The notes under the pieces are model-generated. The model did no database searches and was not told the DNA's origin. It was given only the letters and a program-made list of their open reading frames with translations. A program made the translations under genes and the position numbers. DNA of 64,000 nt. Origin: Methanocellales archaeon (GTDB lineage Archaea; Halobacteriota; UBA148; JAUWXC01). The stretch lies in assembly GCA_030610945.1 (NCBI GenBank), contig JAUWQV010000001.1, positions 25,901-89,900 on the forward strand, written 5' to 3'. Below, piece after piece: positions 39,600-49,571 of the stretch. Each line of letters starts with the position of its first letter. Positions within the stretch are counted from its first letter, which is position 1.

Positions 39600-41255
39600 T
39601 TAGCACCTCACAGCATTCACAATAACAGGATTTAAACCAGCAAACTTCCTGATATATTTTACTCGTTCATGTTTCAATTGAGTGGCATACGCTTCAATTT
39701 GCGCTTCGGAATAAAACCGGGTTAAGTCGAACCTTGTCATATCCATTCCCTCCACTTTCTTTGGAACCTGAACGCCAAAGTAGGGTTCACGCGTCCATTC
39801 GATGGCACCTCTGGCTATTCCTCTTATGATTGCAGCCATCTCAGATATCTCCACCCTTGCCACCTTTTGCTTTATTACTATGCCATCCTCGCTTTTCTCC
39901 ATAATCTCGCCAACACCACCGGTATTCAAGAGATAACATTGAATTTTGTCGCCATGTCTTTTGAGGAACTCATAGAATATGTTGCCCTCCTCTGCCTCAT
40001 CGCCTATGATAAATGGATTGGTACCCACAACCCTGACAGATTCACCCACCCTGCGTGGGTCACTGGCTGTGGTCTCTATAGATTCACCGAGCATAAATGT
40101 GGCAGCAGCCTGTTCATGTGTCAACTTCGATGCGAGGGGCACGATTGTGTTCCTCCTGGTGATGAATAAAACTATCATTCCATCGAGTTCATTAATAAGA
40201 GGCAAATCAACGCTATAGCATACGTGCTTATCGCCCAAATCCGCCCTCTGAATTACACCCCGGCCATTGCCGGTGAGCGTTTCATCCAAAAAGGAGACTT
40301 TACCGTGGTAGTCGACCATAACATTTTCAAAAACTGCGTCTTTCTTCGTCGCAGCGTTGTGGATTAGTGGGTGATTGAGCGGGTCGATATCGGTCTTTAG
40401 GAAAAATCCCCTTTCAGGACCAAGAGCTGAGCCATCCTGGCAGAGGAAAACGACATCATCTTGGACTATTTCTATACCTTCACCTTCTCCATTCAATCCA
40501 TGGTCGTGGCACGTATGCGTTGTCTTGCCCGTACCAGAGAGTCCGAACAGGAGCGTGCCATATCTTTGTATCTTGCCAGTCTTATCCCTTGCTCGAATAA
40601 TCTTCGCTCCGGCATGAAGACCTAACATCCCTCTTTGCTTGGCATGCCACATTGCCAGCCTGAGGAATGCTTTTTTGGATTCGCCCAAGTAATCCGTACC
40701 AAGGACATAAGTGATGCCTATTTCTGGAAAAACGAGTATTTGTCTATCCTTTTCATGCCACTCAGGCACCTGGATAAGGCAAAAGTCAGGACCTTTACTA
40801 TTCTTTGAGTCAAAAAGTAACGTGCTCCACATGTAAGCGATGCGCGCGCTATCCTTACGTTGAGTCGAGAGAAACATTGTGCAGTTAGGAGTGAAATAAG
40901 GATTGGCACCCATCGTCCCCTTCACGCAGATTAACGGAGCCTTTTTCAGATATTCGTGCACCGATTCTATTGTTTTTGAGGCGTTCTGGATGATGGCTTT
41001 TTGTTTTTTACTCGGAGCTGGCAGCATGAGTTCTGGGCTACCAAGGTACACGGTCAGACCAGCACTTCTATTTCGTACCGTGGATACGAAAACGTAATTT
41101 CCAAACTCAGTCAGTATGCCGCTTTGCTCCGCTGTCTTGCGCAGTTCCTCGGGCGCAGGATGAGACACGTTGGGTTGATGTTCCAATCCCCTAACAAATG
41201 ACATGACTTCTTGACGCACGTGCTCAATATCTGTCCGCTCCATTGAGTTCACCAT
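39600..41255 (-). CDS. pckA: Phosphoenolpyruvate carboxykinase (ATP)-like
   Basis: GLSGTGKTT kinase-1a motif in the PckA-typical context. 551 aa. Confidence 0.6.
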   Translation of the reverse strand: MVNSMERTDIEHVRQEVMSFVRGLEHQPNVSHPAPEELRKTAEQSGILTEFGNYVFVSTVRNRSAGLTVYLGSPELMLPAPSKKQKAIIQNASKTIESVHEYLKKAPLICVKGTMGANPYFTPNCTMFLSTQRKDSARIAYMWSTLLFDSKNSKGPDFCLIQVPEWHEKDRQILVFPEIGITYVLGTDYLGESKKAFLRLAMWHAKQRGMLGLHAGAKIIRARDKTGKIQRYGTLLFGLSGTGKTTHTCHDHGLNGEGEGIEIVQDDVVFLCQDGSALGPERGFFLKTDIDPLNHPLIHNAATKKDAVFENVMVDYHGKVSFLDETLTGNGRGVIQRADLGDKHVCYSVDLPLINELDGMIVLFITRRNTIVPLASKLTHEQAAATFMLGESIETTASDPRRVGESVRVVGTNPFIIGDEAEEGNIFYEFLKRHGDKIQCYLLNTGGVGEIMEKSEDGIVIKQKVARVEISEMAAIIRGIARGAIEWTREPYFGVQVPKKVEGMDMTRFDLTRFYSEAQIEAYATQLKHERVKYIRKFAGLNPVIVNAVRC

Positions 41256-41299
41256 AATGCCCTTTCCGATACGATATCATAACTATAAAAATCAATCGA

Positions 41300-42505
41300 T
41301 TACACGAAATCAGATATATAGCGCTGGGATTTAGGCACTCTGGACCCCTTTGGCAACTCAACCCTGCCGTATTGGCCTCCGCCGCCGGGATGAAGGATTA
41401 TCCTGCCTTCCCTGAAGGCAACGATGGCGTCCCGCACACTTTCGTCAACCATGTTCAATTGCTCGATGTCAGCATCGACCAAAATCGTTACCTCATTGCC
41501 TAACGCACTCACCATCGTGCCCCACACATCTCTTACCGCTTTGGTATTCGAGTCAGATACGCCAAGCGCCAGGGCAATTATTTCTGCCAGTGGAATCAGC
41601 CTGAGATATGGTGGCCTGTGCTGTGGATGTCTTGGTTTCTCGTAATCGGCCAGTTCACTCACCCTGTCGCGAACGCCCTTTTTGATAAGACCTCCGCAGG
41701 TGCAACGCCATTTCCGCTCCTGGCACATCTGAAGAGAATAATGCTTATAACACCGTATACAGGCACTTTCATTATATTTTCCCTCTTCTGGCGGAAGGCC
41801 AACATTTAATATAGGCTTCCTGCCGTTCTTGCGCAGAATCGCCTGCTTCAACTCTTCAAACGTGGGCGCATCCACCTCAAATCGGTTGAACTCCCTTGCA
41901 AGCCTGATGGGCCATGGACTGTGGGCATCGGAATTTGTCAGAAATGTCAGATTTTGCAATTCAGCAATCCTGTCAGCATAGTCAGAATCTGCGCTCAACC
42001 CCAACTCGATGAACGCCACATGAGATGCCATAGGACCATAGCAGTCGATGAGACTGTCAAAGTAGGCATACATCGCAGTCCATGGTGTAAACGCATGAGA
42101 GGGACCAAATAACGCACCCACATCCTTTGCATGTTGCGCAAGTTGCTCCCCATTCAGGCGCACCTTTGGTCGTCCATCAGAGGCAAGATTGGAAAAAGAC
42201 GCCAGGCGTTCCTGTAATTCTTCCGCCTTTGAAATGGATGGAAGAATCAGTAAATGATGGACCCTAGCAGAGTCCTCTATCTCGCATGTAAGAACAAAAC
42301 GTGTGTCATTGGCAACAAATGTGCCCTCATCCACGGGTTTTAATGCCTTGATGTCCGACAGCCATTTAGGGTGAAGGCAATCGCCCGTGCCAATGAGCCC
42401 TATGCCCTTTTTCGCAGCTTCCCGCGCGAGCGTTGACAAATCCATCCTAGCAGATGTCGCAGCAGAATACTTGGAATGAATATGCAGATCGGCATTCATG
42501 TGCAT
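41300..42505 (-). CDS. PHP-domain phosphoesterase with C-terminal Zn ribbon (COG1379/TIGR00375 family)
   Basis: N-terminal HIHSKYS PHP motif and C-terminal CIRCYKH...CTCGG. Confidence 0.65.
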   Translation of the reverse strand: MHMNADLHIHSKYSAATSARMDLSTLAREAAKKGIGLIGTGDCLHPKWLSDIKALKPVDEGTFVANDTRFVLTCEIEDSARVHHLLILPSISKAEELQERLASFSNLASDGRPKVRLNGEQLAQHAKDVGALFGPSHAFTPWTAMYAYFDSLIDCYGPMASHVAFIELGLSADSDYADRIAELQNLTFLTNSDAHSPWPIRLAREFNRFEVDAPTFEELKQAILRKNGRKPILNVGLPPEEGKYNESACIRCYKHYSLQMCQERKWRCTCGGLIKKGVRDRVSELADYEKPRHPQHRPPYLRLIPLAEIIALALGVSDSNTKAVRDVWGTMVSALGNEVTILVDADIEQLNMVDESVRDAIVAFREGRIILHPGGGGQYGRVELPKGSRVPKSQRYISDFV

Positions 42506-42509
42506 AGAA

Positions 42510-43286
42510 TCATCCGATGTATCTCAGGTCTTCCTCTGTACTAATGGGCTTTAACTGTGCCTTTTCCATTTCCCGCAACTTGGCAACGATTTTTTCCATA
42601 TCCTTTGCCCTGGATTCTAGGGCGCCCATATCGATATCTATGGTAAGAATCTTGGATAACACCTTGAGGACAGCTTGAGCACTACTCGGGTCCACCAGAT
42701 ACCCGGAGGTTTCACCCATAATACAGACGGCTTCAATCCCCCTGAGTTTGCCTAATCCAAGAAGCAATCCTGAGGCGCCGATGATGCCTCCGCCTGGCTC
42801 ATTCTCTTGGAATAGAACACCATATTTCTTCATCTCATCTACTAATTCTAGCGTATTGGCAGCGCCTAACACACGTGGCGTATCGACTAATTGACCTATA
42901 CCATAGCCGCCCAGCGTATAGATTCGCTTAACCCCGTACTTCTCTGCAATATTAAGGTATACCTCGGCAAGTTCATAATGACCCTCGTTGGTCACGCTCT
43001 GATAATCCCCAATTAGAAGCAGGAGGTTGTGTTTTTTGTCCGCATACACCTCATTTCTCACAAGTTTTACCGTGCCGTCATCCGCCACCAGGACCTGTGG
43101 GGGAAAATGCGGCGAATACACCTCAATGATTTTCTCAGCACCCAACTCCTCCACCATGTGCTCTGCCACTAACTTTCCCACGTGCCCCACGCCTGGCAGC
43201 CCTTCCACTATGACGGGGTTTTTTAACTTCACGTCCTTGAGTTGAATAACTGTGGTCTCCTTTATTTGATTGAGTCGCTCTGGCAT
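42510..43286 (-). CDS. Proteasome assembly chaperone family protein (PAC2/COG1938)
   Basis: 258 aa. N-terminal GLPGVGHVGKLV motif. Confidence 0.65.
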   Translation of the reverse strand: MPERLNQIKETTVIQLKDVKLKNPVIVEGLPGVGHVGKLVAEHMVEELGAEKIIEVYSPHFPPQVLVADDGTVKLVRNEVYADKKHNLLLLIGDYQSVTNEGHYELAEVYLNIAEKYGVKRIYTLGGYGIGQLVDTPRVLGAANTLELVDEMKKYGVLFQENEPGGGIIGASGLLLGLGKLRGIEAVCIMGETSGYLVDPSSAQAVLKVLSKILTIDIDMGALESRAKDMEKIVAKLREMEKAQLKPISTEEDLRYIG

Positions 43287-43432
43287 TTCTTCATCATCCT
43301 CCTATACTTGCCATAAGGGTCCTTGGGCGAAAATCTAGGCGGTATAGAACTCCTTGTTTTTTTACCACAATTCGGGCATGTGTCTTTGAGGGTATAAGTA
43401 CCGCACTCGCATTGGCGTATTTTCGATTTCAT
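43262..43432 (-). CDS. nop10: H/ACA RNP protein Nop10
   Basis: Below the ORF-track size cutoff. Manual translation: MKSKIRQCECGTYTLKDTCPNCGKKTRSSIPPRFSPKDPYGKYRRMMKK..., Zn ribbon plus the PPRFSP motif. Lies between PAC2 and aIF2alpha, as in other archaea. Confidence 0.75.
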   Translation of the reverse strand: MKSKIRQCECGTYTLKDTCPNCGKKTRSSIPPRFSPKDPYGKYRRMMKKCQSDSIK

Positions 43433-43444
43433 GTTTATTCCAAG

Positions 43445-44239
43445 TCAAGACGTGCTCAGCTGCCTGTGAAACTCCCCCACACCGCCTTTGGCCCTAACGA
43501 TCTCAATAGCGGCATCAGCTGCCTTTCTGAGCACATTTTCCGCTTTTTTGTAATCGGGTGCCACTACTCTAATCCGATAACGCGGCGCACCCACATAACT
43601 GAGTTTAAGGTTAACCTCAGGCGCTTCAACTTTTCCTGCCACTCTCAACGCCTCCTTGATTATCTGTACTCCATTTGGAAGCGGACACGTTAGGTCAACA
43701 TAACCAGTAATAGTAACTTCTGAGATTTTTACGTTTTCCGCTGCAATCTTTGCGATGGCATCAGCGTATTTTCTCGGAATGCCGAGCTTTATGATGGCCT
43801 CTGCGCCGTTCACAGCGACCTCTTCGAATGCAGAATAGAGGTTACCAAACTCCTCAAATAACGTAGATATGACATCGTGCATGCCTTTAACGTCAGTGCC
43901 TAAAGATTCGGCGACAATATGCATCCATTTTTCCGCCTTCTGCTCGTTCTTCCAACTCTGTATCTTCTCCTTGCGCTGGTGCTCGTTTACATCCTTCAGT
44001 GAAAGGTCGATGTGCCCTTTGGACGAGATGTTTAACACCTTGCATACGACCTTCTGCCCTTCCTTGATATGGTCGCGGACATATTTTATCCATCCTGAGG
44101 CAACCTCCGAGATGTGGATTAAGGCCTCTTTTCCGTCATATTCGTCCAAATTGACGAACGCACCGAAGTCGGCCACCTTTTTAACAGTGCAGACGACTAA
44201 GTCTCCCTGCTCAGGGTACTCCTCCCCTGTGAGCGTCAT
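43445..44239 (-). CDS. Translation initiation factor 2 alpha subunit (aIF2alpha)
   Basis: N-terminal S1 domain, then helical and alpha/beta domains. 264 aa. Confidence 0.85.
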   Translation of the reverse strand: MTLTGEEYPEQGDLVVCTVKKVADFGAFVNLDEYDGKEALIHISEVASGWIKYVRDHIKEGQKVVCKVLNISSKGHIDLSLKDVNEHQRKEKIQSWKNEQKAEKWMHIVAESLGTDVKGMHDVISTLFEEFGNLYSAFEEVAVNGAEAIIKLGIPRKYADAIAKIAAENVKISEVTITGYVDLTCPLPNGVQIIKEALRVAGKVEAPEVNLKLSYVGAPRYRIRVVAPDYKKAENVLRKAADAAIEIVRAKGGVGEFHRQLSTS

Positions 44240-44400
44240 AACACCTCTAGGACCTTCGTCTTTATTTTCGCCTTTCCACCAGTGGGTTCAGCCAGCGTCC
44301 GGCCGCAGACAAGGCACACTATAACTGAACTGGCTTTCTCAAAAATAACCTGTTCATTCTCGCAATCGTCACACTTGACCTTAATAAATTTGCCGCCCAT
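44236..44400 (-). CDS. rps27e: Ribosomal protein S27e (eS27)
   Basis: Below the ORF cutoff. Manual translation: [54 protein letters not shown] (C4 zinc finger). ATGA overlap with aIF2alpha. Confidence 0.8.
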   Translation of the reverse strand: MGGKFIKVKCDDCENEQVIFEKASSVIVCLVCGRTLAEPTGGKAKIKTKVLEVL

Positions 44401-44402
44401 GG

Positions 44403-44684
44403 TTACTCCACCAACTCGAATTTAGAGGCCCTAAAGCAAGGCCTTTGATGCGCTTTTTTACACTCTGTACACCTATAACGCAGAAACACCCTCTTTGTTG
44501 GCTTATCTCCGCCTGGCACCTTGGAGAATTTTCCCAGGTTGCCGATGCCTTTTGTCCTCTCTTTCTGTCGTGCAATCCATGTCAATGTCGAGGTGCGTCC
44601 TTTCTTGACTTTTTCCACTTCGTGCATTGTATGCTTTTTGCAGTAAGGACAATGCGTCTTAAGTTTTTTAGGCATCTTCATTTT
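44403..44684 (-). CDS. rpl44e: Ribosomal protein L44e (eL42)
   Basis: [18 protein letters not shown]...CTECKK C4 zinc-ribbon r-protein. Confidence 0.85.
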   Translation of the reverse strand, partial: KMKMPKKLKTHCPYCKKHTMHEVEKVKKGRTSTLTWIARQKERTKGIGNLGKFSKVPGGDKPTKRVFLRYRCTECKKAHQRPCFRASKFELVE

Positions 44685-45300
44685 TATCACTCTTTCCAAC
44701 TTTAATTGCTACAGCAACATGCCTATCGCACAAAGCCTTGGCATTTACCTCTGGCAAAACCGCCACGTCTTCGTTTGATAACTGATAACTGCGTCCATCA
44801 GTACCCATAAATGTAGGAATGTCCTTAAGCACCCTAACGACGGTAAACTCCTTCCCTATATCCGTTCTCTTTAATAAAGAGCTTTCGGTGCGCCTGGGTG
44901 TTTTCTCTGTTTTTTCTGCCACCTTGGGTTGAACGATGGAGCCCAATATCTTGGATTTACCTTCCTGTATTGAGCAGACCAGTTGCTCGAAGATTTTTAG
45001 TTCCTCCTGGGTTGCACCATCTGGCTGAATATCCAATCCAAATGCCCTTGTAGATGCCATTTTTACGATTTTCCCCAGACGCCGCTTGAATATCTCGTCT
45101 ATAACGCACCTGGCACTTTGTAGCTCGTCCTCAATCATCGCTACTCTGGCAGCATCCGCATGTCTTTTGCGATCCTCCAGCTCGTTGATATAGGCTCTAA
45201 CATTCTCATAAAAATCATGTCCAAGCGCCTGCAAACCTTGTGAGCGCCTCTCATTCACCTGTATCAAACGCATATCTTCAAGATTCATATTCAGCTGCAC
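44668..45300 (-). CDS. GINS complex subunit (Gins51/Gins15-like), putative
   Basis: About 200 aa helical protein immediately upstream of priS, matching the conserved gins15-priS arrangement. Identification is by context plus weak sequence features. Confidence 0.45.
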   Translation of the reverse strand: MQLNMNLEDMRLIQVNERRSQGLQALGHDFYENVRAYINELEDRKRHADAARVAMIEDELQSARCVIDEIFKRRLGKIVKMASTRAFGLDIQPDGATQEELKIFEQLVCSIQEGKSKILGSIVQPKVAEKTEKTPRRTESSLLKRTDIGKEFTVVRVLKDIPTFMGTDGRSYQLSNEDVAVLPEVNAKALCDRHVAVAIKVGKSDKNEDA

Positions 45301-46459
45301 CCCTGCACATCAAAAAGACAGCAAGATGTTCGGGAAGTTTCTGTTTCCCCTTTCTTAGCCTATATTCTTCGCCTTTTATCTCTACGTTGCTTGCCTTGAT
45401 AACGTTTACCCCAACGCTTTCATCTCCGAAAACAACGGCATCCCTTAATGGGTTGAAGTCTTTAAGCGTGTCAAGTGTCAGGGGCGTGACACGAAAACTA
45501 GACCCGCCATGAAGGGATGTCGGGAGGCGTATCAACCGCTTCGTATCTGCCGTCACGGGTTCGTCGATCTTAACGCCTATGTCGGCAATAGCCATTTGGA
45601 CAAGTGATCTCCAGAAGGTTATTGGAATCTTCCTGGATACATCGAGATTGCCCTTTTTGATGCTATCGATATTACCTTTGTCCCTTGCCACCCTTAGGAT
45701 TTCTAACGCCCTCTCATCACCAATGCCCCCAAAGCTCTTGAGAATCTGCACCGCCTGCTTATCCTTTTTGCGACCTAAATCCACTAAAAAAGAGATAACC
45801 CATCTATTGATTCTGCCTCCCCAACCAGCATCCCTGTATGAAGACATACGAACGGTCTCGGCACTTATGCGCCCTACGTCTCCGTATACGACTCTTTCGC
45901 CAAAGATTCTGTCTAACTCAAGCTCCAAACCAGTAATATAATCCACAATTTCTCTTCGTTCGGGGCTTTCTAAGCCAATCACATTGGGATCTCTCACGTG
46001 AATGTGATAGCCTCTGCCTCCGGAAAAAATGACTTGCATGTAATCCTTACCAAACCCAAAATCTGAGAGCAGGAAGTCGATGAGCTTGAGCGTTTCATCC
46101 TTCACCTTTTGGAGCATGTCGCCATAGGTTGTCCATTTTAGGTTAAGGTGGTCCGCATCCAAGTCGAATATTAGGTCTGCTCCTTGCCATCCTTTCTCCT
46201 TCATGGTCGGAGCAGATGGATTAGAATAATATGCGGAGGAGTGAAACACGTGTGCAGGCACCATGCTCTTGATGTAGTCAACAGCCTCGCCCTCACTCGT
46301 GAAGGATTTATGGCGGCGCATAACTATGTCTGGATACGATTCATCGAAGAAGATAAAACCCCATTCCCTCTTTTCGAATTGTGGTGGCAACAGGAGGCTT
46401 GCGCTACTATAATACTCCCTGAATTTGTCCCGCAAGAATTCCTTTGTTTGAACTTGCAT
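45278..46459 (-). CDS. priS: DNA primase small (catalytic) subunit PriS
   Basis: 393 aa. Catalytic acidic motif LIFDLDADHL, as in archaeo-eukaryotic primases. Confidence 0.8.
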   Translation of the reverse strand: MQVQTKEFLRDKFREYYSSASLLLPPQFEKREWGFIFFDESYPDIVMRRHKSFTSEGEAVDYIKSMVPAHVFHSSAYYSNPSAPTMKEKGWQGADLIFDLDADHLNLKWTTYGDMLQKVKDETLKLIDFLLSDFGFGKDYMQVIFSGGRGYHIHVRDPNVIGLESPERREIVDYITGLELELDRIFGERVVYGDVGRISAETVRMSSYRDAGWGGRINRWVISFLVDLGRKKDKQAVQILKSFGGIGDERALEILRVARDKGNIDSIKKGNLDVSRKIPITFWRSLVQMAIADIGVKIDEPVTADTKRLIRLPTSLHGGSSFRVTPLTLDTLKDFNPLRDAVVFGDESVGVNVIKASNVEIKGEEYRLRKGKQKLPEHLAVFLMCRGAAEYES

Positions 46460-46486
46460 GGTCGATAATTAATTGAACTTCCCCAT

Positions 46487-47272
46487 TTAAAACCAATACC
46501 TCAGCGATGCCAGGCACCCTATCACGAAGAATGTCATAGCCATCACAGCGATGTCCTGCGCTCCGATTCGTTTCTCACTGACGTACATCTGCGAATCGGG
46601 ATTATACCCCCTGCTCAACATGCTCAGATACACCTTTTCTCCCTGCTCGTATGCCCGAATGAACAGCGTGCCTATGGTGTAACTAATCTGCTCCAATATC
46701 CATTTGTATGGCTTACCCCTAACGCTAAAACATCGAGTCTTCTGCGCCGTGCGTATTCGCTGGAATGCGTCGTAGAACACGAACAGATACCGGGTCATTA
46801 GTCCCAGCAACAGGGCAAACTCCCTGGGCAATCCCAGTCTCCTCGCAGAACCCACCAATTCCTGCATAGGCGTCGTGGACGATAGAAGGATGATAGCGGT
46901 CACGCACACGATGAGTTTGAAGAATAACAGCAGCCCAAAGAGGATGCCTTCATACGTGATTGTCAGGCCAAATGGAAGAGAGTACAATACGATGCCGGTT
47001 CGTATAAATGGTTGAAATAGTGCGATAATACCACCAAAGGGGAGGATTAAAAGGATTCTCGTCATGACGTAACGCAAACTGAGCTTGGATAAGAGTAGGA
47101 GAAGAAAGAGGTATGATTCCAAGAGCAAAAGAGGAATGACATCTGGCGCGGTCACCGCATAGAGTATTATTCCAAGTGCCATGATTATTTTAATGCGACC
47201 GTCAAGTCTGTGTACGACGCTATCCTTGTAAACCTCTCTTTCTATGTGCGCTATGGATGAATGAAGCCCCAT
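46487..47272 (-). CDS. cbiQ: ECF-type Co/Ni transporter transmembrane component CbiQ/NikQ
   Basis: 261 aa polytopic protein with CbiQ-like conserved Arg/Gly region. Lies in the cbiMNQO gene order. Confidence 0.75.
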   Translation of the reverse strand: MGLHSSIAHIEREVYKDSVVHRLDGRIKIIMALGIILYAVTAPDVIPLLLLESYLFLLLLLSKLSLRYVMTRILLILPFGGIIALFQPFIRTGIVLYSLPFGLTITYEGILFGLLLFFKLIVCVTAIILLSSTTPMQELVGSARRLGLPREFALLLGLMTRYLFVFYDAFQRIRTAQKTRCFSVRGKPYKWILEQISYTIGTLFIRAYEQGEKVYLSMLSRGYNPDSQMYVSEKRIGAQDIAVMAMTFFVIGCLASLRYWF

Positions 47273-47273
47273 A

Positions 47274-48104
47274 TCATGCCCTCAAAATGCGCAGTAATTC
47301 TTGCTTGGCTTCACCGAGGGTCAGCGGCGTCGTATTCAGCGACACACCCTCCTCTTTTAGGGATTCAAATAACTGCGCTATCAATGGCAATCGCAAGCCC
47401 GCTTTTTCAATCGCATCCCTCTGCGAAAATACCTCCCTCGGCGTCCCCTGCGTTATCATGCGCCCCTTGGAGAGTATGACAATCCTATCAGCGAACAGTG
47501 GCACCTCGTCAACGTCCTGCGTGGCAACTATTATCGTCATCCCAAAATCGTCGTTCAGCCTGCGAATTAACTGCACTACCATAGCGATGCCGTTAGGGTC
47601 GAGATTCGCTGTTGGCTCATCCAACACCATCACCTGCGGTTCCATTGCAAGGATGCCGGCAATCGCAACTCTTTTCTTTTGACCACTGCTGAGATGATGT
47701 GGGACCTTGTCCTCATATCCGGCCATTCCGACCAGTTCAAGCGATTCCTTTACCCTGTGCTCCACCACGTCTTTTGACAAGCCGAGGTTCATAGGGCCAA
47801 ATGCTACATCTTGCCTGACCGTTGGCGCAAAAATCTGGTCGTCCGGATCCTGAAAAACCAAGCCGACAGTCTTCCTAACGTCAAGAATGTTCTTTTTTGT
47901 TATCGACTCGCCCTTCACTAAAACAGTGCCGCTTGTAGGCTTTAATATGCCATTAAAATGCTTGAGCAACGTCGTCTTACCTGCGCCGTTGGCACCGAGA
48001 ATGGCGACAATTTCACTACGCTTGACGATGAAATCGACATCGTCTAATGCCCTGGTTCCATTATGATAGACATAGGTCAAATTCCGCGCTTCAAGTATGT
48101 GCAT
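47274..48104 (-). CDS. cbiO: ECF transporter ATPase CbiO/NikO
   Basis: ABC motifs GANGAGKTT, LSSGQKKRVAIA and VLDEPTANLD. Confidence 0.85.
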   Translation of the reverse strand: MHILEARNLTYVYHNGTRALDDVDFIVKRSEIVAILGANGAGKTTLLKHFNGILKPTSGTVLVKGESITKKNILDVRKTVGLVFQDPDDQIFAPTVRQDVAFGPMNLGLSKDVVEHRVKESLELVGMAGYEDKVPHHLSSGQKKRVAIAGILAMEPQVMVLDEPTANLDPNGIAMVVQLIRRLNDDFGMTIIVATQDVDEVPLFADRIVILSKGRMITQGTPREVFSQRDAIEKAGLRLPLIAQLFESLKEEGVSLNTTPLTLGEAKQELLRILRA

Positions 48105-48114
48105 GACATCACAG

Positions 48115-48387
48115 CTATGTTTTTTTGAGTATCATGCCAGCGCCGTAAGCCATGACCAGCATCAATAATGTGCCAATCATGATGGCGAGCACTTCCCCCG
48201 TCCGACCCATGCCCTCTATCGCATAGTCAGGCATTGGCGAGTTAAACGCAACATAATCCATGCCCTCTGCACTCGAAAATTTTTCCGCCGCACTCTCCAA
48301 TCCATCAGGATTGCTCGATGCCAGAAAAGGCGCCAGTCCCGCTATGAGCAATGCGATTGCAATTCCAAATACAAGCGTCTTTCTCAT
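48115..48387 (-). CDS. cbiN: CbiN/NikN-like small membrane component (PDGLE motif)
   Basis: 90 aa. Signal/TM, PDGLE motif, and a C-terminal TM. Lies between the M and Q components. Confidence 0.65.
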   Translation of the reverse strand: MRKTLVFGIAIALLIAGLAPFLASSNPDGLESAAEKFSSAEGMDYVAFNSPMPDYAIEGMGRTGEVLAIMIGTLLMLVMAYGAGMILKKT

Positions 48388-49025
48388 GCGCTCACCTTCC
48401 TCTCTGAAGGCAATATATCCGGCCTGACGTTCAGCACGACACCGATGACGATAGCCGTAATGACGCCTTCACCAATGACACCTATGACTGCATGGTACAA
48501 CCCCATGAAATACAATCCTTCAACAAGGGGAAACGTTCCTGCCAGCCACAACTCCACAGCGCATACCAGAGCCGAGACAAATAATCCAAGCCATGCTCCG
48601 ATAAAGGATGCTGCGACGATTTTGGTGCCGAGTTTCTTGAACCCCTCATAGGAATAGTAGCCAACAAAACAACTTATGATGCCCATGTTGAGTATGTTCA
48701 CTCCCAAAGTGGTGATGCCTCCATCAGCAAACACGAAGCCCTGAACCAGCAACACCAGCGTCAATAACAATACGCCTGCCCATGGGCTTCCCAAGATTAT
48801 GGCCGCCATTACCGCGCCAACCATGTGCCCGCTGGTGCCCCATGGTATCGGCAGGTTCATGGCCTGAATGGCGAAGATGCCTGCTGCAAGTGTCGCGAGC
48901 AGCGGCACTTTCAGCTCATCCATTTCCTTACTTGCCCACCTCAAAGACGCAAGAATGAAGGGGGCCGCTACTGCGAAATATATCGCGCATTGCCATAGTG
49001 GTACAAATCCATCTGGTATGTGCAT
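48384..49025 (-). CDS. cbiM: ECF Co/Ni transporter substrate-specific component CbiM/NikM
   Basis: N-terminal MHIPDG motif, characteristic of CbiM/NikM. 213 aa polytopic. Confidence 0.85.
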   Translation of the reverse strand: MHIPDGFVPLWQCAIYFAVAAPFILASLRWASKEMDELKVPLLATLAAGIFAIQAMNLPIPWGTSGHMVGAVMAAIILGSPWAGVLLLTLVLLVQGFVFADGGITTLGVNILNMGIISCFVGYYSYEGFKKLGTKIVAASFIGAWLGLFVSALVCAVELWLAGTFPLVEGLYFMGLYHAVIGVIGEGVITAIVIGVVLNVRPDILPSERKVSA

Positions 49026-49110
49026 TTTATCACCGTGTTAAGTTTAAACAAAAAAGTAATACTAATTCGCACTTAAATATGTTTTGGTGTGACTAAGAAA
49101 GTGTTATTTA

Positions 49111-49139
49111 TTGCTACGAAATATATACGAAGGTAGCAA
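49111..49139. promoter_or_regulatory. Dyad TTGCTAC-N15-GTAGCAA in the nikR/cbiM divergent intergenic region: candidate NikR operator overlapping a TATA-like element
   Basis: The half-sites are exact reverse complements, seen in sequence. The spacer contains aaatatatac. The dyad lies 10 bp upstream of the nikR start. Confidence 0.4.
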
Positions 49140-49148
49140 GGTGATATC

Positions 49149-49571
49149 ATGGAACAAGAACTGATGAGAATAGGTGTATCGCTTCCTGCGAATTTGCTGA
49201 GCCGCTTTGACACTATCATCGCGCAACGCGGGTATTCCTCCCGATCAGAAGGAATAAGAGACGCGATCAGAGACTACATCGTAGATTATGAATGGCTGAG
49301 TGGGGAGAAGGGCGAGAAGGTCGGTGTGATAACGCTCATCTACAACCACCACCAGCGTGGCCTGACTGACAGGCTTACAGATCTACAACATGAATCTTTG
49401 AAATTGATAGAGTCATCGCTTCATGTTCATCTGGACCACGACCATTGTATGGAAGTCGTGCTGGTCAGAGGCGATGCAAAGGATATCAAAACCCTCGTGG
49501 AAAAGATGATGGCGCAGAAGGGCATGAAGCACGTGAAATTGACGATTACTTCACCAGGAGAGGGATTGTAG
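49149..49571 (+). CDS. nikR: Nickel-responsive transcriptional regulator NikR
   Basis: N-terminal RHH domain (SLPANLLSRFDTIIAQRGYSSRSEGIRDAIR) and C-terminal ACT-like domain with HxxxxxxxxHxH-type His/Cys ligands (HHQRG...HVHLDHDHC). Confidence 0.85.
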   Translation: MEQELMRIGVSLPANLLSRFDTIIAQRGYSSRSEGIRDAIRDYIVDYEWLSGEKGEKVGVITLIYNHHQRGLTDRLTDLQHESLKLIESSLHVHLDHDHCMEVVLVRGDAKDIKTLVEKMMAQKGMKHVKLTITSPGEGL

